A DNA stretch of 64,000 bases from an uncultured Gammaproteobacteria bacterium (GCA_964641255.1 CAZXMM010000001.1:143757-207756); one strand, 5' to 3'. Positions 1-9,493 are shown, counted from the first letter of the stretch. Made by a program: numbers and translations. The notes: generated by a model not told the origin, from the letters alone.

Positions 1-104
1 ATGATCAGATTAGCCTTGGGACCTGTAACTTTGACCGGAATAATAGGACGACGAATAGTTCTGGTGGCAGCCGGGTAAGGAGTCTTTTTGAACGGGAAGA
101 TCAT
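1..104 (-). CDS. 5' part of a putative retropepsin-like aspartyl protease (runs off the window)
   Basis: ATG at 104 overlaps the TGA of the upstream ORF (ATGA). Reads MIFPFKK...RRPIIPVKVTGP, an N-terminus typical of stand-alone aspartyl proteases. Catalytic motif is outside the window. Confidence 0.5.
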   Translation of the reverse strand, partial: MIFPFKKTPYPAATRTIRRPIIPVKVTGPKANLI

Positions 105-319
105 TTCACTTTCATTAGCGGCACGCTTATGAGGGGATAAGGAGCGTTTTTATAAAATGTGTGTTTTTTTCCGGTTTTATCTGCCTGTTTTTTTGCTTGG
201 GCCAAAGTAGTCCCCGAACCCAACACCTTTTTATAATCCATAGAAAGCGCTACCCACTTGTCTTTAAAAGGGAGTAGCACTTTTGTTAGGTCAATGGGCT
301 TTAACTTTTGAGTATTCAT
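101..319 (-). CDS. Small DUF5678-like protein
   Basis: 72 aa with the pattern FKDKWVAL...KVLGSGTTLAQA; coupled to the protease-like ORF; TATAAT 6 nt upstream of ATG. Confidence 0.6.
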   Translation of the reverse strand: MNTQKLKPIDLTKVLLPFKDKWVALSMDYKKVLGSGTTLAQAKKQADKTGKKHTFYKNAPYPLISVPLMKVK

Positions 320-335
320 ACCTATATTATATAGT

Positions 336-716
336 ATAAAAGCAATTTCCCTTTCCCAGCCGTACGCAAACCTTGTCGCATCTGGTAAAAAAACTCTTGA
401 AACCAGGAGGTGGGCTACTTCCTTTCGGGGAGACCTACTAATTTGTTCCTCAAAGACTGTTCCTACCGAACCCGCGGGCTATGCCTTGTGTGTTGTTGAG
501 CTAGCAGCAATTGAGCCAATGCAGCGAAAACACGAGAGAGACGCCTGCATAAAACTATATGACAGAGCGAAGGTTTGGCATCTGAAAAACCTTCGCTTAG
601 TGGACCCTATTTTTAAAGTCAAAGGAAAACTCAGCCTGTTTGATGTCAAGCTTCCTAAAAACACCCGTCTTCTCCCTGTTGGGAAAGGGTATAATTGCCA
701 AAATATAAAACTATGA
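336..716 (+). CDS. ASCH-domain protein (apparent ATA start)
   Basis: The frame of ORF 486..716 extends to IKAISLSQPYANLVASGKKTLETRRWATSFRGDLLICSS, which holds the ASCH GxKxxExR motif. In-frame TGA at 309-311 and no ATG in between. Confidence 0.8.
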   Translation: MKAISLSQPYANLVASGKKTLETRRWATSFRGDLLICSSKTVPTEPAGYALCVVELAAIEPMQRKHERDACIKLYDRAKVWHLKNLRLVDPIFKVKGKLSLFDVKLPKNTRLLPVGKGYNCQNIKL

Positions 717-1432
717 TTACACTTCCTGGTGCAGTCTTTGCTAACAAACACGCTATTTTATCCCTCGGTGGTTCGCTAGTTGTCCCAGATGAAGTAAATG
801 TTACTTATCTTAAAGAATTTCGTTCCTTCATTCTTTCCAAAATTACCGAGGGCTGGAGCTTTGTTTTGGTGGTGGGGGGAGGAGCCCAAGCCAGACGCTA
901 TATTGACGCTGCTACTCAAATTCTTGATAAAGAGATTACAAAAGATGATCAAGACTGGTTAGGCATCCACGCCACTCGCTTTAATGGCCATTTGGTTCGT
1001 ACTATCTTTCGCTCCCACGCCCAGCCGGCCCTCGTAACTCATCCAGAAGATGACGAGATTGATAGTAGTTGTAAGTTGGTGGTGGCCTCTGGGTGGAAAC
1101 CAGGGTGGTCAACTGATTATGTGGCCAGCAAACTTGCCCATAGACTTAAAGCCAAGTTAATTATTAACCTCACGAATATTAGCCAGGTCTTTACGGCAGA
1201 CCCCAAGAAAGATCCCGGCGCTAAACCACTTGATCAAATGTTGTGGAGTGATTTTTGTGCCATGGTGGGAGACAAGTGGGTTCCGGGCATGAATGCACCC
1301 TTTGACCCTGTTGCTGCTAGTCTTTGTTGTAAAGAAAATATCGCAGTGGCAGTAATGGCGGGAGATAACCTCGCCAACCTTTCTGATTGTCTCAGTACAA
1401 GACCTTTTTTGGGAACGCTTCTTACAAACTAA
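713..1432 (+). CDS. pyrH: UMP kinase, archaeal-type
   Basis: Motifs SLGGS, VVGGGAQARRY, DWLGIHATRFN, GWKPGWSTD, DPKKDP; ATG at 713 overlaps the ASCH stop. Confidence 0.92.
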   Translation: MITLPGAVFANKHAILSLGGSLVVPDEVNVTYLKEFRSFILSKITEGWSFVLVVGGGAQARRYIDAATQILDKEITKDDQDWLGIHATRFNGHLVRTIFRSHAQPALVTHPEDDEIDSSCKLVVASGWKPGWSTDYVASKLAHRLKAKLIINLTNISQVFTADPKKDPGAKPLDQMLWSDFCAMVGDKWVPGMNAPFDPVAASLCCKENIAVAVMAGDNLANLSDCLSTRPFLGTLLTN

Positions 1433-1434
1433 AG

Positions 1435-2643
1435 CTACTCTTCAAAGCCGTCACGCTTTACCGGTGAAAAGATAAACACTAGTAGAGCTAAGGCACTTAA
1501 AAAGAACAAGGGGATGGCAAGTGACCGGTCAGCCATAAGACCAATTACGGGATTGAGAAATACAAGCACCACTCTTCTAAACATTGAGATGGACGACAAT
1601 ACAGTTGCTCGCTGCTCGGATTGAATAAATTTGTTCATATAAGAGCTCATTAGTTCCATTCGTGTCAAACCAAAGCCGCCAGCAGTAACCAGAAAAATAA
1701 TTACAGTAATTGGACTGGGGAAAAGTGCGACAATTAAAAACCCAACAGCCACAATTCCAGCGGAAATTCGCAAATAATTTTTTGCCCCACCCACCAGTCT
1801 TTCCAAAAAAGGAAAATTGGCTGCAATGATTATTTCAGAAACGATCAAGGTAACACTAAACCAACCGAAAACATAAATAGACACTCCAGCTTTTTCCAAG
1901 AGAGGCTGACTTAACCACAGAACAAAATAACCCACTGCGGCAATGCCAATGGCGTCAATGGCCAGGCTGCGGAGTTTTTTGTGACCCAGAAAAAACCGGA
2001 CGCCACTTTTGGCGATGAGTAAATAACGTTTGCGCTCTGGGATTTTGTCTTTGGTGCCTGGCTCTTTAAGTGACCAGGCTACCATAGTGGCTAAGAAAAT
2101 CGGAACAGCTGTCAAAATAATCGGCCAGTTCAGTCCCAATCTGGCGGCAATCAAACTGCCGATCGGGGCGGCCACGGCAATACCAATTAAATGCAACGAG
2201 TGGGCTCGAGCAAACACCGCCTTGCTTTCGTCCTCTCTGCCTAATTCTTTTAAGCTGTCGTACAGTAGCGCATCGTCAGCGCCAGATAGCAAAGCGGTAC
2301 CAAGGGCAAACAAGAATTCTCCCACCAGAAAGATTTCAAATTTGGGTACCAGTCCGTAAATGACGGCAGCCACCGCTATGACTAGCGCTCCCAAAGTTAA
2401 AGAGTACTTGCGGCCAAAAAAGTCGGCAATCGTCCCCGTGGGAATTTCTAGAACAAAGATCCAAAACATGAACCAGGATTGTAGAAACTGCACTTGGGCC
2501 AAAGACAGATTTCCCCAATGAGTCAACATTGGTACAAGTACCGCCCCGAAGAAGGTCAGGCTTACGAGAAACTGAAAGGCATAATAACGCCAGACCACAC
2601 TGTGGATACTATTTCTAATTGATGAGATAGGTGGTTGTTTCAT
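1435..2643 (-). CDS. MFS transporter (putative efflux)
   Basis: 402 aa, about 12 TM segments, MFS motif EIPTGTIADFFGRK, also SGADDALLYDSL. Confidence 0.9.
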   Translation of the reverse strand: MKQPPISSIRNSIHSVVWRYYAFQFLVSLTFFGAVLVPMLTHWGNLSLAQVQFLQSWFMFWIFVLEIPTGTIADFFGRKYSLTLGALVIAVAAVIYGLVPKFEIFLVGEFLFALGTALLSGADDALLYDSLKELGREDESKAVFARAHSLHLIGIAVAAPIGSLIAARLGLNWPIILTAVPIFLATMVAWSLKEPGTKDKIPERKRYLLIAKSGVRFFLGHKKLRSLAIDAIGIAAVGYFVLWLSQPLLEKAGVSIYVFGWFSVTLIVSEIIIAANFPFLERLVGGAKNYLRISAGIVAVGFLIVALFPSPITVIIFLVTAGGFGLTRMELMSSYMNKFIQSEQRATVLSSISMFRRVVLVFLNPVIGLMADRSLAIPLFFLSALALLVFIFSPVKRDGFEE

Positions 2644-2648
2644 AGATT

Positions 2649-2726
2649 AAAAAACCAGCCGTCTTTGGCTGGTTTATGGTTTAAATGCTAGGTAATGTGC
2701 GTCAGTGTTCTAAACCATAACCAGCC
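2649..2726 (-). promoter_or_regulatory. Terminator/antiterminator of a transcription attenuator
   Basis: Stem 2652-2660/2667-2675 followed by a U-tract; alternative pairing of 2667-2683 with 2711-2726. Confidence 0.75.
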
Positions 2727-2782
2727 CTCTCGGCGTTGCCAAGGGTGACGGGGTATTGGTTAATAAAACTACCACAGTTCAT
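2702..2782 (-). CDS. Putative 26-aa leader peptide MNCGSFINQYPVTLGNAERAGYGLEH
   Basis: ATG lies 7 nt after a TTGACT-N17-TAAAAT promoter; the ORF 3' end covers the antiterminator arm. Confidence 0.6.
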   Translation of the reverse strand: MNCGSFINQYPVTLGNAERAGYGLEH

Positions 2783-2824
2783 AGATAGTATTTTAAAGAG
2801 GGGTCGGGGGAAAGTCAATGGGAA

Positions 2825-4228
2825 CTATAGGGTTGTCGAAAAAGTTTGGATGCTGTCTTTCCTAAGGGTAATGAGGTGACGCCTAAGAATTTTGTAAGTA
2901 TCCAGGTCAAAAGTTACATCATCCATCGAGTCTTTGGTAACGCCTTCGTCTCCATAAGTTTCTTTCCCAAGGTAACACCACTGATCAAAGATGTGCCGCT
3001 CTCCCAAATTCGTTTCCGGATCTTTCTCATCAATGGCAATCGCTCCGGAAAAAGGCCACTGTTTAATTTTGGCAGCCGACAGGGCAATAAACAGGCGACT
3101 ATTATAAAGAGCCGGATTTTCCTTCCCTACACACCCGCCTTTACATCTTCCTAAACGATACCCAAAGCAAGCGACTTTACTGTGATCAATGCCAAGTAAC
3201 TTCTCACATAGCTGTTGGTCCTTGGCAATCTGAGTAAGAAACGTAGTTGCCTGCTTTTTGTTTTTAAACACTCCCATGACCGAGGCTACTTCTGTAGGAG
3301 TAATATGATCGACATCCTCGAGGTAGGGCTGCAAGTAACCTTGTTCATTTGTTTTTGTCTTAAGTATCAGGAGTTTTTTAGTGAGTCGTAACTGGCGATT
3401 ATAAAGGGGTTGCAGTTTCTTGACGAGCTGAGCTTCTTTAAACAGGGCTCCCAATTCACCGGTGGTGGGAATAGTTTCAATCGAGGTAACTTGCTGGGAT
3501 AGCTGCATTTCTTTAGATGAGAAATGATCCGAGGAGAAGTGGTCTTTTACTCGGGACTGAATATTAATACTCTTACCTACATAAAGCGGTGCCCCGCTTT
3601 CCCCGTAAAAAATGTAGACTCCGGGGCATTCGGGGAGACTGTCGAGGAGTTCTTCTGATAGGTTAATAGGGACGGTGGGTCGTTGCATCACCTTCATGAT
3701 GGTCTGCTCGAGTTTTTTCTGGGGGAAGAGTGTAAACAGCTGTTCGTAAAATTGCCAACAGACCCAGGCATCATCAAAGGCGCGGTGACGATGCTCACAA
3801 TTAAATCCAAAGCGCTTAATAACCGCATCAAGACTATGCCGCTTAAACTTAGGAAATAGTGCCCGGGACAGTTTTACCGTACACAAATTTCTTGCTCGGT
3901 AGGAAATATCTTGACGGGCTAACTCTTGTTTAACAAATCCGTAATCAAAGCGAACGTTGTGAGCAGAAAAAACGCAGTCTTTAAGAAGGCCAGAGATATC
4001 TTTGGCGACACTCGAAAAGCTTGGAGCTCTTGAGAGTAGCTCTGTACTGATTCCTGTCAGGGCTGAAATTTCTGGCGGAAGGTAGGAGTCTGGATTAACT
4101 AGTGTCTGGAACTGTTCAACCACCTGATTATGTTCTACGCGAATGATACCGATTTCAATGATGCGATCGGCTCTAGTGGAGGTACCAGTGGTTTCAATAT
4201 CAACAAAGGCAATTTTTGAGGGAAGCAT
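2825..4228 (-). CDS. DEDDh 3'-5' exonuclease (DnaQ-like) fused to a GIY-YIG (UvrC/Cho-like) nuclease
   Basis: Motifs FVDIETTG, AHNVRFD, HRAFDDA; PGVYIF...LYVGKSINIQSRV. Confidence 0.9.
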   Translation of the reverse strand: MLPSKIAFVDIETTGTSTRADRIIEIGIIRVEHNQVVEQFQTLVNPDSYLPPEISALTGISTELLSRAPSFSSVAKDISGLLKDCVFSAHNVRFDYGFVKQELARQDISYRARNLCTVKLSRALFPKFKRHSLDAVIKRFGFNCEHRHRAFDDAWVCWQFYEQLFTLFPQKKLEQTIMKVMQRPTVPINLSEELLDSLPECPGVYIFYGESGAPLYVGKSINIQSRVKDHFSSDHFSSKEMQLSQQVTSIETIPTTGELGALFKEAQLVKKLQPLYNRQLRLTKKLLILKTKTNEQGYLQPYLEDVDHITPTEVASVMGVFKNKKQATTFLTQIAKDQQLCEKLLGIDHSKVACFGYRLGRCKGGCVGKENPALYNSRLFIALSAAKIKQWPFSGAIAIDEKDPETNLGERHIFDQWCYLGKETYGDEGVTKDSMDDVTFDLDTYKILRRHLITLRKDSIQTFSTTL

Positions 4229-4248
4229 AATAGTGGTACACTAGGCAA

Positions 4249-6003
4249 ATGATTGTACTACTTCTTTTTGCATTTTTGTCAGGGTTGGTCACACTTCTGG
4301 CTCCCTGTATTTGGCCGCTTCTACCGATTATTCTTTCCTCATCAGCTACCGGTGGATCAAGAAAGCCTTTAGGAGTGACCTTGGGAATAATGGTGAGCTT
4401 TGGTTTTTTTACTCTTACCCTAACTTATCTAGTCCGGCTCTTCCACTTTGACCCGGATATTTTAAGACTCGGTGCGGTCGCAATTATTATTGTTCTAGGA
4501 CTATCTCTTATCATTCCAAAGCTTTCGGCCCAATTGGAACTGCTGGTTAGTAAATTAAGTAGCAAGTTTGGCGGGGCAAGTGGTGTCAAGCGTGAGGGAT
4601 TTGGAGGCGGATTTTTAACCGGTTTGGCTCTGGGGGTAGTCTGGACACCCTGTGCCGGCCCGATTTTAGCTACTATCACTGCTTTGTCTGTTACCGCTTC
4701 GGTTAATTGGCAACTGGTTTTAATTGTAGCCGTGTATGTTACCGGCGTGGGAATTCCTCTTTTTGTCTTTGCCAAGCTAGGTAATCATTTTTTTAGTAAA
4801 GCGAGAGCCCTCAATAGGTACACGGGAAGAATCCAGCAAATCTTCGGGATCATCATGATTGTTACGGCCCTAGCAATTCTCACTAATGTTGATAAACAGC
4901 TCCAAGCAGGGCTCCTCGATAGAATCCCAGCTTACGGCACCTTCCTTATTAAGCTTGAGAGTAATCCCCAAGTCACCTCCGCTCTTAATGGACTAAAAGG
5001 TGGGACCAATCCCACTTCCATGGTTGGGAAACCCGTGGGACCCAGGAATGACGCTCTCAGTGCTCCCCTGGCTCCCGAGTTTAGTGGCGGGACAATGTGG
5101 CTTAATACAGATAAGCCGCTTACCCTTAGCGACTTAAAAGGGAAAGTAGTCTTGGTAGATTTTTGGACTTATACCTGTATCAACTGTATTCGTACCCTAC
5201 CTTTTGTTACTGGTTGGGACCAAAAGTACCGCGATCAAGGACTAGTGGTAATCGGAGTCCATAGTCCCGAGTTTGAGTTTGAAAAGAAAACGACCAATGT
5301 TGAAGATGCTATTAAACGTTTTAAGATTAAGTACCCCGTGGTGCAAGATAACGACTTTGCGATTTGGCGCAGTTACAATAATCACTATTGGCCGGCCAAA
5401 TATCTGATCGACAGTCAGGGAAGAATTCGCTATAGCCATTTTGGAGAAGGTGCCTACGAGGAGACGGAGAGAATTATACAGGAGCTTCTCAGAGAAGCAG
5501 GAAGAAAAGTTGACGATGAGGTGGTTAGTGTTACTAACGAAGCACCAAGAACACCGTCCACCCCGGAAACCTACCTAGGCAGTAACCGCATGCAATATTA
5601 CTATCCCAGTGGCCAGCTTTCGGTGGGGAAGAAAAATTTGACTCCGTCTTTAGCCCTTCCTGTTAACACCTTTTCCTTAGGGGGAGCCTGGACAGTCAAT
5701 GAGGAAGAATCCATTGGGGGTAAAGGATCTACTCTGATTCAACATTTTGTCGGGAAAAAAGTCTTTCTTGTCATGCGTAAAGTGGATACCACCGATGCTA
5801 GCCCAGCAGTGACAGTCAGAGTTCTTTTGGACGGAGTAGTAATCACCCCTGAGGCAGCGGGAAGCGATGTAGTAGACGGGAGAGTCACAGTCACCGAAGA
5901 TAGGCTCTATACCTTGGTCGAACTAGCTAGCCCGGGTCCCCACAGTCTCACGTTAGAGTTTGAAACCGGTGGGATAGCTGTTTTTGCCTTTACCTTCGGC
6001 TAA
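4249..6003 (+). CDS. dipZ: DipZ-like protein (CcdA membrane domain plus thioredoxin)
   Basis: Motifs APCIWP, WTPCAGP, DFWTYTCINC, GVHSPEF. Confidence 0.9.
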   Translation: MIVLLLFAFLSGLVTLLAPCIWPLLPIILSSSATGGSRKPLGVTLGIMVSFGFFTLTLTYLVRLFHFDPDILRLGAVAIIIVLGLSLIIPKLSAQLELLVSKLSSKFGGASGVKREGFGGGFLTGLALGVVWTPCAGPILATITALSVTASVNWQLVLIVAVYVTGVGIPLFVFAKLGNHFFSKARALNRYTGRIQQIFGIIMIVTALAILTNVDKQLQAGLLDRIPAYGTFLIKLESNPQVTSALNGLKGGTNPTSMVGKPVGPRNDALSAPLAPEFSGGTMWLNTDKPLTLSDLKGKVVLVDFWTYTCINCIRTLPFVTGWDQKYRDQGLVVIGVHSPEFEFEKKTTNVEDAIKRFKIKYPVVQDNDFAIWRSYNNHYWPAKYLIDSQGRIRYSHFGEGAYEETERIIQELLREAGRKVDDEVVSVTNEAPRTPSTPETYLGSNRMQYYYPSGQLSVGKKNLTPSLALPVNTFSLGGAWTVNEEESIGGKGSTLIQHFVGKKVFLVMRKVDTTDASPAVTVRVLLDGVVITPEAAGSDVVDGRVTVTEDRLYTLVELASPGPHSLTLEFETGGIAVFAFTFG

Positions 6004-6056
6004 ACTGAGATGTTATCTTGACACACTCCTCACTTGGCAGTACCCTTCTTATATTC

Positions 6057-6368
6057 ATGAGGATTGTTCTGTCCATCGCAATTCTTCTCCTTTTGATCTT
6101 AGTCGCCGTAGGGGGTTATCTCTACTTTACTGGTCGGTTACCTATGCAGCAGTCTGCTCCCTCAGATGCTCTTAGTTCTACAGAGGAGAGTGGCCTCTCT
6201 AGTGACTACCCGACAGACAGTAGCGATACCGCTCTTACTGATGGTACGGGTGACAGCGATTTAGAAGAGGACGATCAACTTATTGAAATGAAACTAAAGC
6301 AGTTAGATGCTAAAGCTGGGGATGTAGAAGTAGGACTAAATGATAAAGAGCCAGATTTGAATCCGTAG
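6057..6368 (+). CDS. Membrane-anchored acidic hypothetical protein
   Basis: N-terminal TM helix, D/E/S-rich tail. Confidence 0.7.
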   Translation: MRIVLSIAILLLLILVAVGGYLYFTGRLPMQQSAPSDALSSTEESGLSSDYPTDSSDTALTDGTGDSDLEEDDQLIEMKLKQLDAKAGDVEVGLNDKEPDLNP

Positions 6369-6378
6369 CTAAAACACT

Positions 6379-7131
6379 ATGAAAGCAAAATTTCTTTTAA
6401 GCTTCTTAACTATCTTCCTTTTGACACTCACCCTCGCTGAGAGTGTTTATGCAGTTAACGAACTTAGGGTTAAAAAAGCCGCTTCGTCTGCTGCTCAGAA
6501 ACAAATGATCAGACAAGAAGATAAAGTGGCCAATCTCAAAAAAAGAGCCACCAGTGAAATTGATCGCAGGGTAAAAGCGCTTAACGCCTTAAAGGAACGA
6601 GTGAGTGGGCTAAAGCGTCTTAGTGATAGTCAGAAAGCGGAATTCGCTGGAAAGATTCAAACAGAGATTGATGGTCTGACTGCCCTTAAGGCTAAGATCG
6701 AAGCTGAGACCGATTTGGAAACCCTTAAGGCTGACGTTCAGTCCATTGTTAAGTCCTATCGTATTTTTGCTTTCTTTATGCCCCAGATCCAAATCTTAGT
6801 GGCCGCCGATTCTCTGGGAGAAGCCGCTGATCTTTTGGTGGGACACGCGGATAAGTTGACTCTGCGTGTTACCGAAGCCAAAACCGCGGGACACGATGTT
6901 ACTGGCCTAGAAGCTAAGCTTAGCGACATGAGAAGTCAAATCGACCTGGTCAAAAACATCAATTCACAAATTGAGTCGTCAGTAGTCGTCCTGACCCCTG
7001 AGGGGTTTCCAGGTAATAAAGCGGCGTTACAGGTTGCTAGATCTTCTCTGGGGACAGCCCGCAAGGCGCTTGATGCTACCCGTCAAGACGCAGCCTCAAT
7101 TCGTAATGGTCTATTAGTGTTAAAAAAGTAA
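6379..7131 (+). CDS. Secreted coiled-coil hypothetical protein
   Basis: Signal peptide ending VYA; helical heptad-rich body. Confidence 0.75.
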   Translation: MKAKFLLSFLTIFLLTLTLAESVYAVNELRVKKAASSAAQKQMIRQEDKVANLKKRATSEIDRRVKALNALKERVSGLKRLSDSQKAEFAGKIQTEIDGLTALKAKIEAETDLETLKADVQSIVKSYRIFAFFMPQIQILVAADSLGEAADLLVGHADKLTLRVTEAKTAGHDVTGLEAKLSDMRSQIDLVKNINSQIESSVVVLTPEGFPGNKAALQVARSSLGTARKALDATRQDAASIRNGLLVLKK

Positions 7132-7146
7132 GAGGCGGTGAGTAGT

Positions 7147-7401
7147 ATGTCAATTCTGGCTTGGATTGTCTTTGGTTTGATCGCCGGATCGATCGCCAAT
7201 TTTGTTAGTCCCAATTCTGCAAAAGGAGGAATTCTCGCTTCGATCATTTTGGGTGTGGTAGGAGCGGTAGTTGGTGGGTACCTAGGAGAAATGTTTTTTG
7301 GAGTGGGAGTAACTGGCTTTAATGTCACCTCTTTTATTGTGGCTGTTTGTGGATCGCTCCTGGTTTTATTTGTGGGAAGAGTGTTATCGCGTTCCAGCTA
7401 A
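7147..7401 (+). CDS. GlsB/YeaQ/YmgE family (transglycosylase-associated) membrane protein
   Basis: Pattern ILAWIVFGLIAG..A...ILGVVGAVVGG. Confidence 0.9.
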   Translation: MSILAWIVFGLIAGSIANFVSPNSAKGGILASIILGVVGAVVGGYLGEMFFGVGVTGFNVTSFIVAVCGSLLVLFVGRVLSRSS

Positions 7402-7498
7402 GAGGACAATAACTCTCCTGGCTGTTTTTAGGGCGGTCGATTTTTCTTTTCGTGGTTGGCGGGTGCCTACGTAGGTGCTAAAATTGAGTAACCATTAA

Positions 7499-7570
7499 TC
7501 CCCTGTAGCTCAATGGTAGAGCGCTTCGCTGTTAACGAAGATGTTCTAGGTTCGAGTCCTAGCGGGGGAG
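7499..7570 (+). tRNA. tRNA-Asn(GTT)
   Basis: Cloverleaf: acceptor TCCCCTG/CGGGGGA, anticodon stem CTTCG/CGAAG with loop CTGTTAA, T-loop GGTTCGAGTCC. Confidence 0.97.
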
Positions 7571-7622
7571 CTGCGTTCCAAAACTCGTCCTGTCTGCACC
7601 AGTCTTCTGATAGAATTCATTA

Positions 7623-8333
7623 ATGTCAGCCGAGCAAATAAAGGTACTTCTAGATAAGGGTGTTCAGGCCCGAGAGGCTGGCGACTATATAACTGGGTTA
7701 CAGGATATTCAGAGAGCCTTCACTGATTCAATAGGTTTAGATGATCAGAGTAGGATAGTTGAATCGGGTAATCAATTATCTATTCAATTACGTCTTCTCG
7801 CGGGAAGAAGCAGTAGGTCTGGTAACAAAGATGAGGCCACCAGATTTAGTAACGAATCATTGGCGGTCTATAACAAATTGGAAGAACTGGGATTATTAAA
7901 CCTCCAAGATCCTAACATAGCTCGTAATTGGGCCCATTCCTTATTGTATGCAGGCAAATACGAAGAGGCGGTCAGGGCTTTGGAGCAATCAGCTAGGATA
8001 CAAACAAATCAGGCTGCTCAAGGTGATGAAATGTGCCACCTTGCATCAGCTAAACTAATTCAGGGAGATATTAATGGAGCCACAGATCTCGTTGATAAGG
8101 GAACCAAACTGATACAGGACAATAATGGGTCAAATATTTGGCTAACCTTTGGCTACATGACTCTTGCAACCCTGCTTGCTAAAAAAGCTGAGTTCACTAG
8201 GACCAGCGCTATTTTACGGGAGGCGTTAGTAATTGCTGAAGAGAATGGCCTAATGGTTGGTGAGGAGGAGATAAAATACTTGCTGACACTCCCGCCAGCC
8301 GAAGTCAATGTTCTAAAAGCCGTGGGAATTTAA
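7623..8333 (+). CDS. TPR-like repeat protein
   Basis: Helical repeats such as LLYAGKYEEAVRALEQS; TAGAAT-N6-ATG. Confidence 0.7.
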   Translation: MSAEQIKVLLDKGVQAREAGDYITGLQDIQRAFTDSIGLDDQSRIVESGNQLSIQLRLLAGRSSRSGNKDEATRFSNESLAVYNKLEELGLLNLQDPNIARNWAHSLLYAGKYEEAVRALEQSARIQTNQAAQGDEMCHLASAKLIQGDINGATDLVDKGTKLIQDNNGSNIWLTFGYMTLATLLAKKAEFTRTSAILREALVIAEENGLMVGEEEIKYLLTLPPAEVNVLKAVGI

Positions 8334-8400
8334 TAGTCTAGAACTCATTCGTCCTGGCGAGCTAAGCTCAGCAGTCCGTTAATTATGATAATATCTATAT

Positions 8401-8574
8401 ATGGCAACCATTACCATTGAAGATTCAGTAGAATTTCCCAGGTGCCCACACTGTGATAAAGAAATAAAAACCATTCTTAAGCAGCAGGTTGGTTCACTTC
8501 AAGTCCATATTATCTACTTCTGCCCCGAGTGCAGGAAAATCTTAAACGTAGTATCTGAAGTCTACGGTTTTTAG
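8401..8574 (+). CDS. 57-aa zinc-ribbon protein (absent from the ORF track)
   Basis: MATITIEDSVEFPRCPHCDKE...YFCPECRKIL; two CxxC motifs; TAATAT-N6-ATG. Confidence 0.75.
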   Translation: MATITIEDSVEFPRCPHCDKEIKTILKQQVGSLQVHIIYFCPECRKILNVVSEVYGF

Positions 8575-8645
8575 ACATAATAAGTCCGAACTTCATCCAT
8601 TACCCGGAGCCAAGAACATATTAAAAACTGATATTGTATAATTAC

Positions 8646-8900
8646 ATGACTATGTGGATGATCGGAGATATCATTTCCGCACTATTTATTCCTGTAGGTA
8701 AAAGATATTTAGAGTTAACTTCAGATCGGAAGTTAAAATTTAAACGCAATTGTTTTGTTTATCTACTGGTTTTGTTCGTCGGGTCTGTTTTATGTATTGT
8801 AGATTTTGCATACGATAAGAACTCATTGTTTTTCTTACCGGGTATTATTGGATTAGTTTTAACTGCGATTTTCTTCTTCAAACTTAAAGGAATTAAATAG
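8646..8900 (+). CDS. Small membrane protein
   Basis: Two to three hydrophobic segments; start uncertain. Confidence 0.55.
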   Translation: MTMWMIGDIISALFIPVGKRYLELTSDRKLKFKRNCFVYLLVLFVGSVLCIVDFAYDKNSLFFLPGIIGLVLTAIFFFKLKGIK

Positions 8901-8920
8901 TTTACCAAGCGTAGGAAAAA

Positions 8921-9260
8921 TTAAATTCGTGTGTAAAAGTTTCGGATGGTGTCAACTGCTCGGAGCCACAGTTGACGACCAGCGAAATTTGCGATGGTGT
9001 CAAAGGGTTTTGTCGCTTCGTACTGCAACGTTTTACCCTCTAGTCTTAGGTTCTGAAGTGTCAGCTTGATGAGTTGTCTCTTTTCCTCGACTTCCGAACT
9101 TTGGAAAAGCTCATAGGCTCGTTTAGCCAGCTCCAGTATGTAGTTTGCCGTAACGTAGTAATTGTCTTCGGCATCCTGTAGCAGGGCAAGACGGGCATCA
9201 AAATCAGCTATTTTGCCTCGAAAGGATTGAAAGAATTTGTCATAGCCATCCTCAGTAATG
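8921..9260 (-). pseudogene. C-terminal remnant of a large serine recombinase
   Basis: LELAKRAYELFQSSEVEEKRQLIKLTLQNLRLEGK...KPFD...LWLRAVDTIRNFY; catalytic domain absent. Confidence 0.8.
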
Positions 9261-9286
9261 CACCATAGTTTTAGTAGAATATGAGT

Positions 9287-9493
9287 GTGTATACTCCTAG
9301 CGAAGAGATCAGATTGAAGATTAGGGCACTGTTTGAGCCCCGCCATGGGCGCAGATTAAGGGAGTCAGAAGTATTAGAGATTGCCCTTAATCTTGCTGGC
9401 TTTGCGGAAGTCGCAATTGAAGCAGCGTTGGATAAGAAGGTTAAAAATAAACGTGTTCTAGGTAAGGCTCGGTCTGGTAGAATGGCTAAATGA
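9287..9493 (+). CDS. Small hypothetical protein next to the recombinase remnant
   Basis: TAGAAT-N6-GTG; pattern LFEPRHGRRLRESEVLEIALNL. Confidence 0.55.
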   Translation: MYTPSEEIRLKIRALFEPRHGRRLRESEVLEIALNLAGFAEVAIEAALDKKVKNKRVLGKARSGRMAK

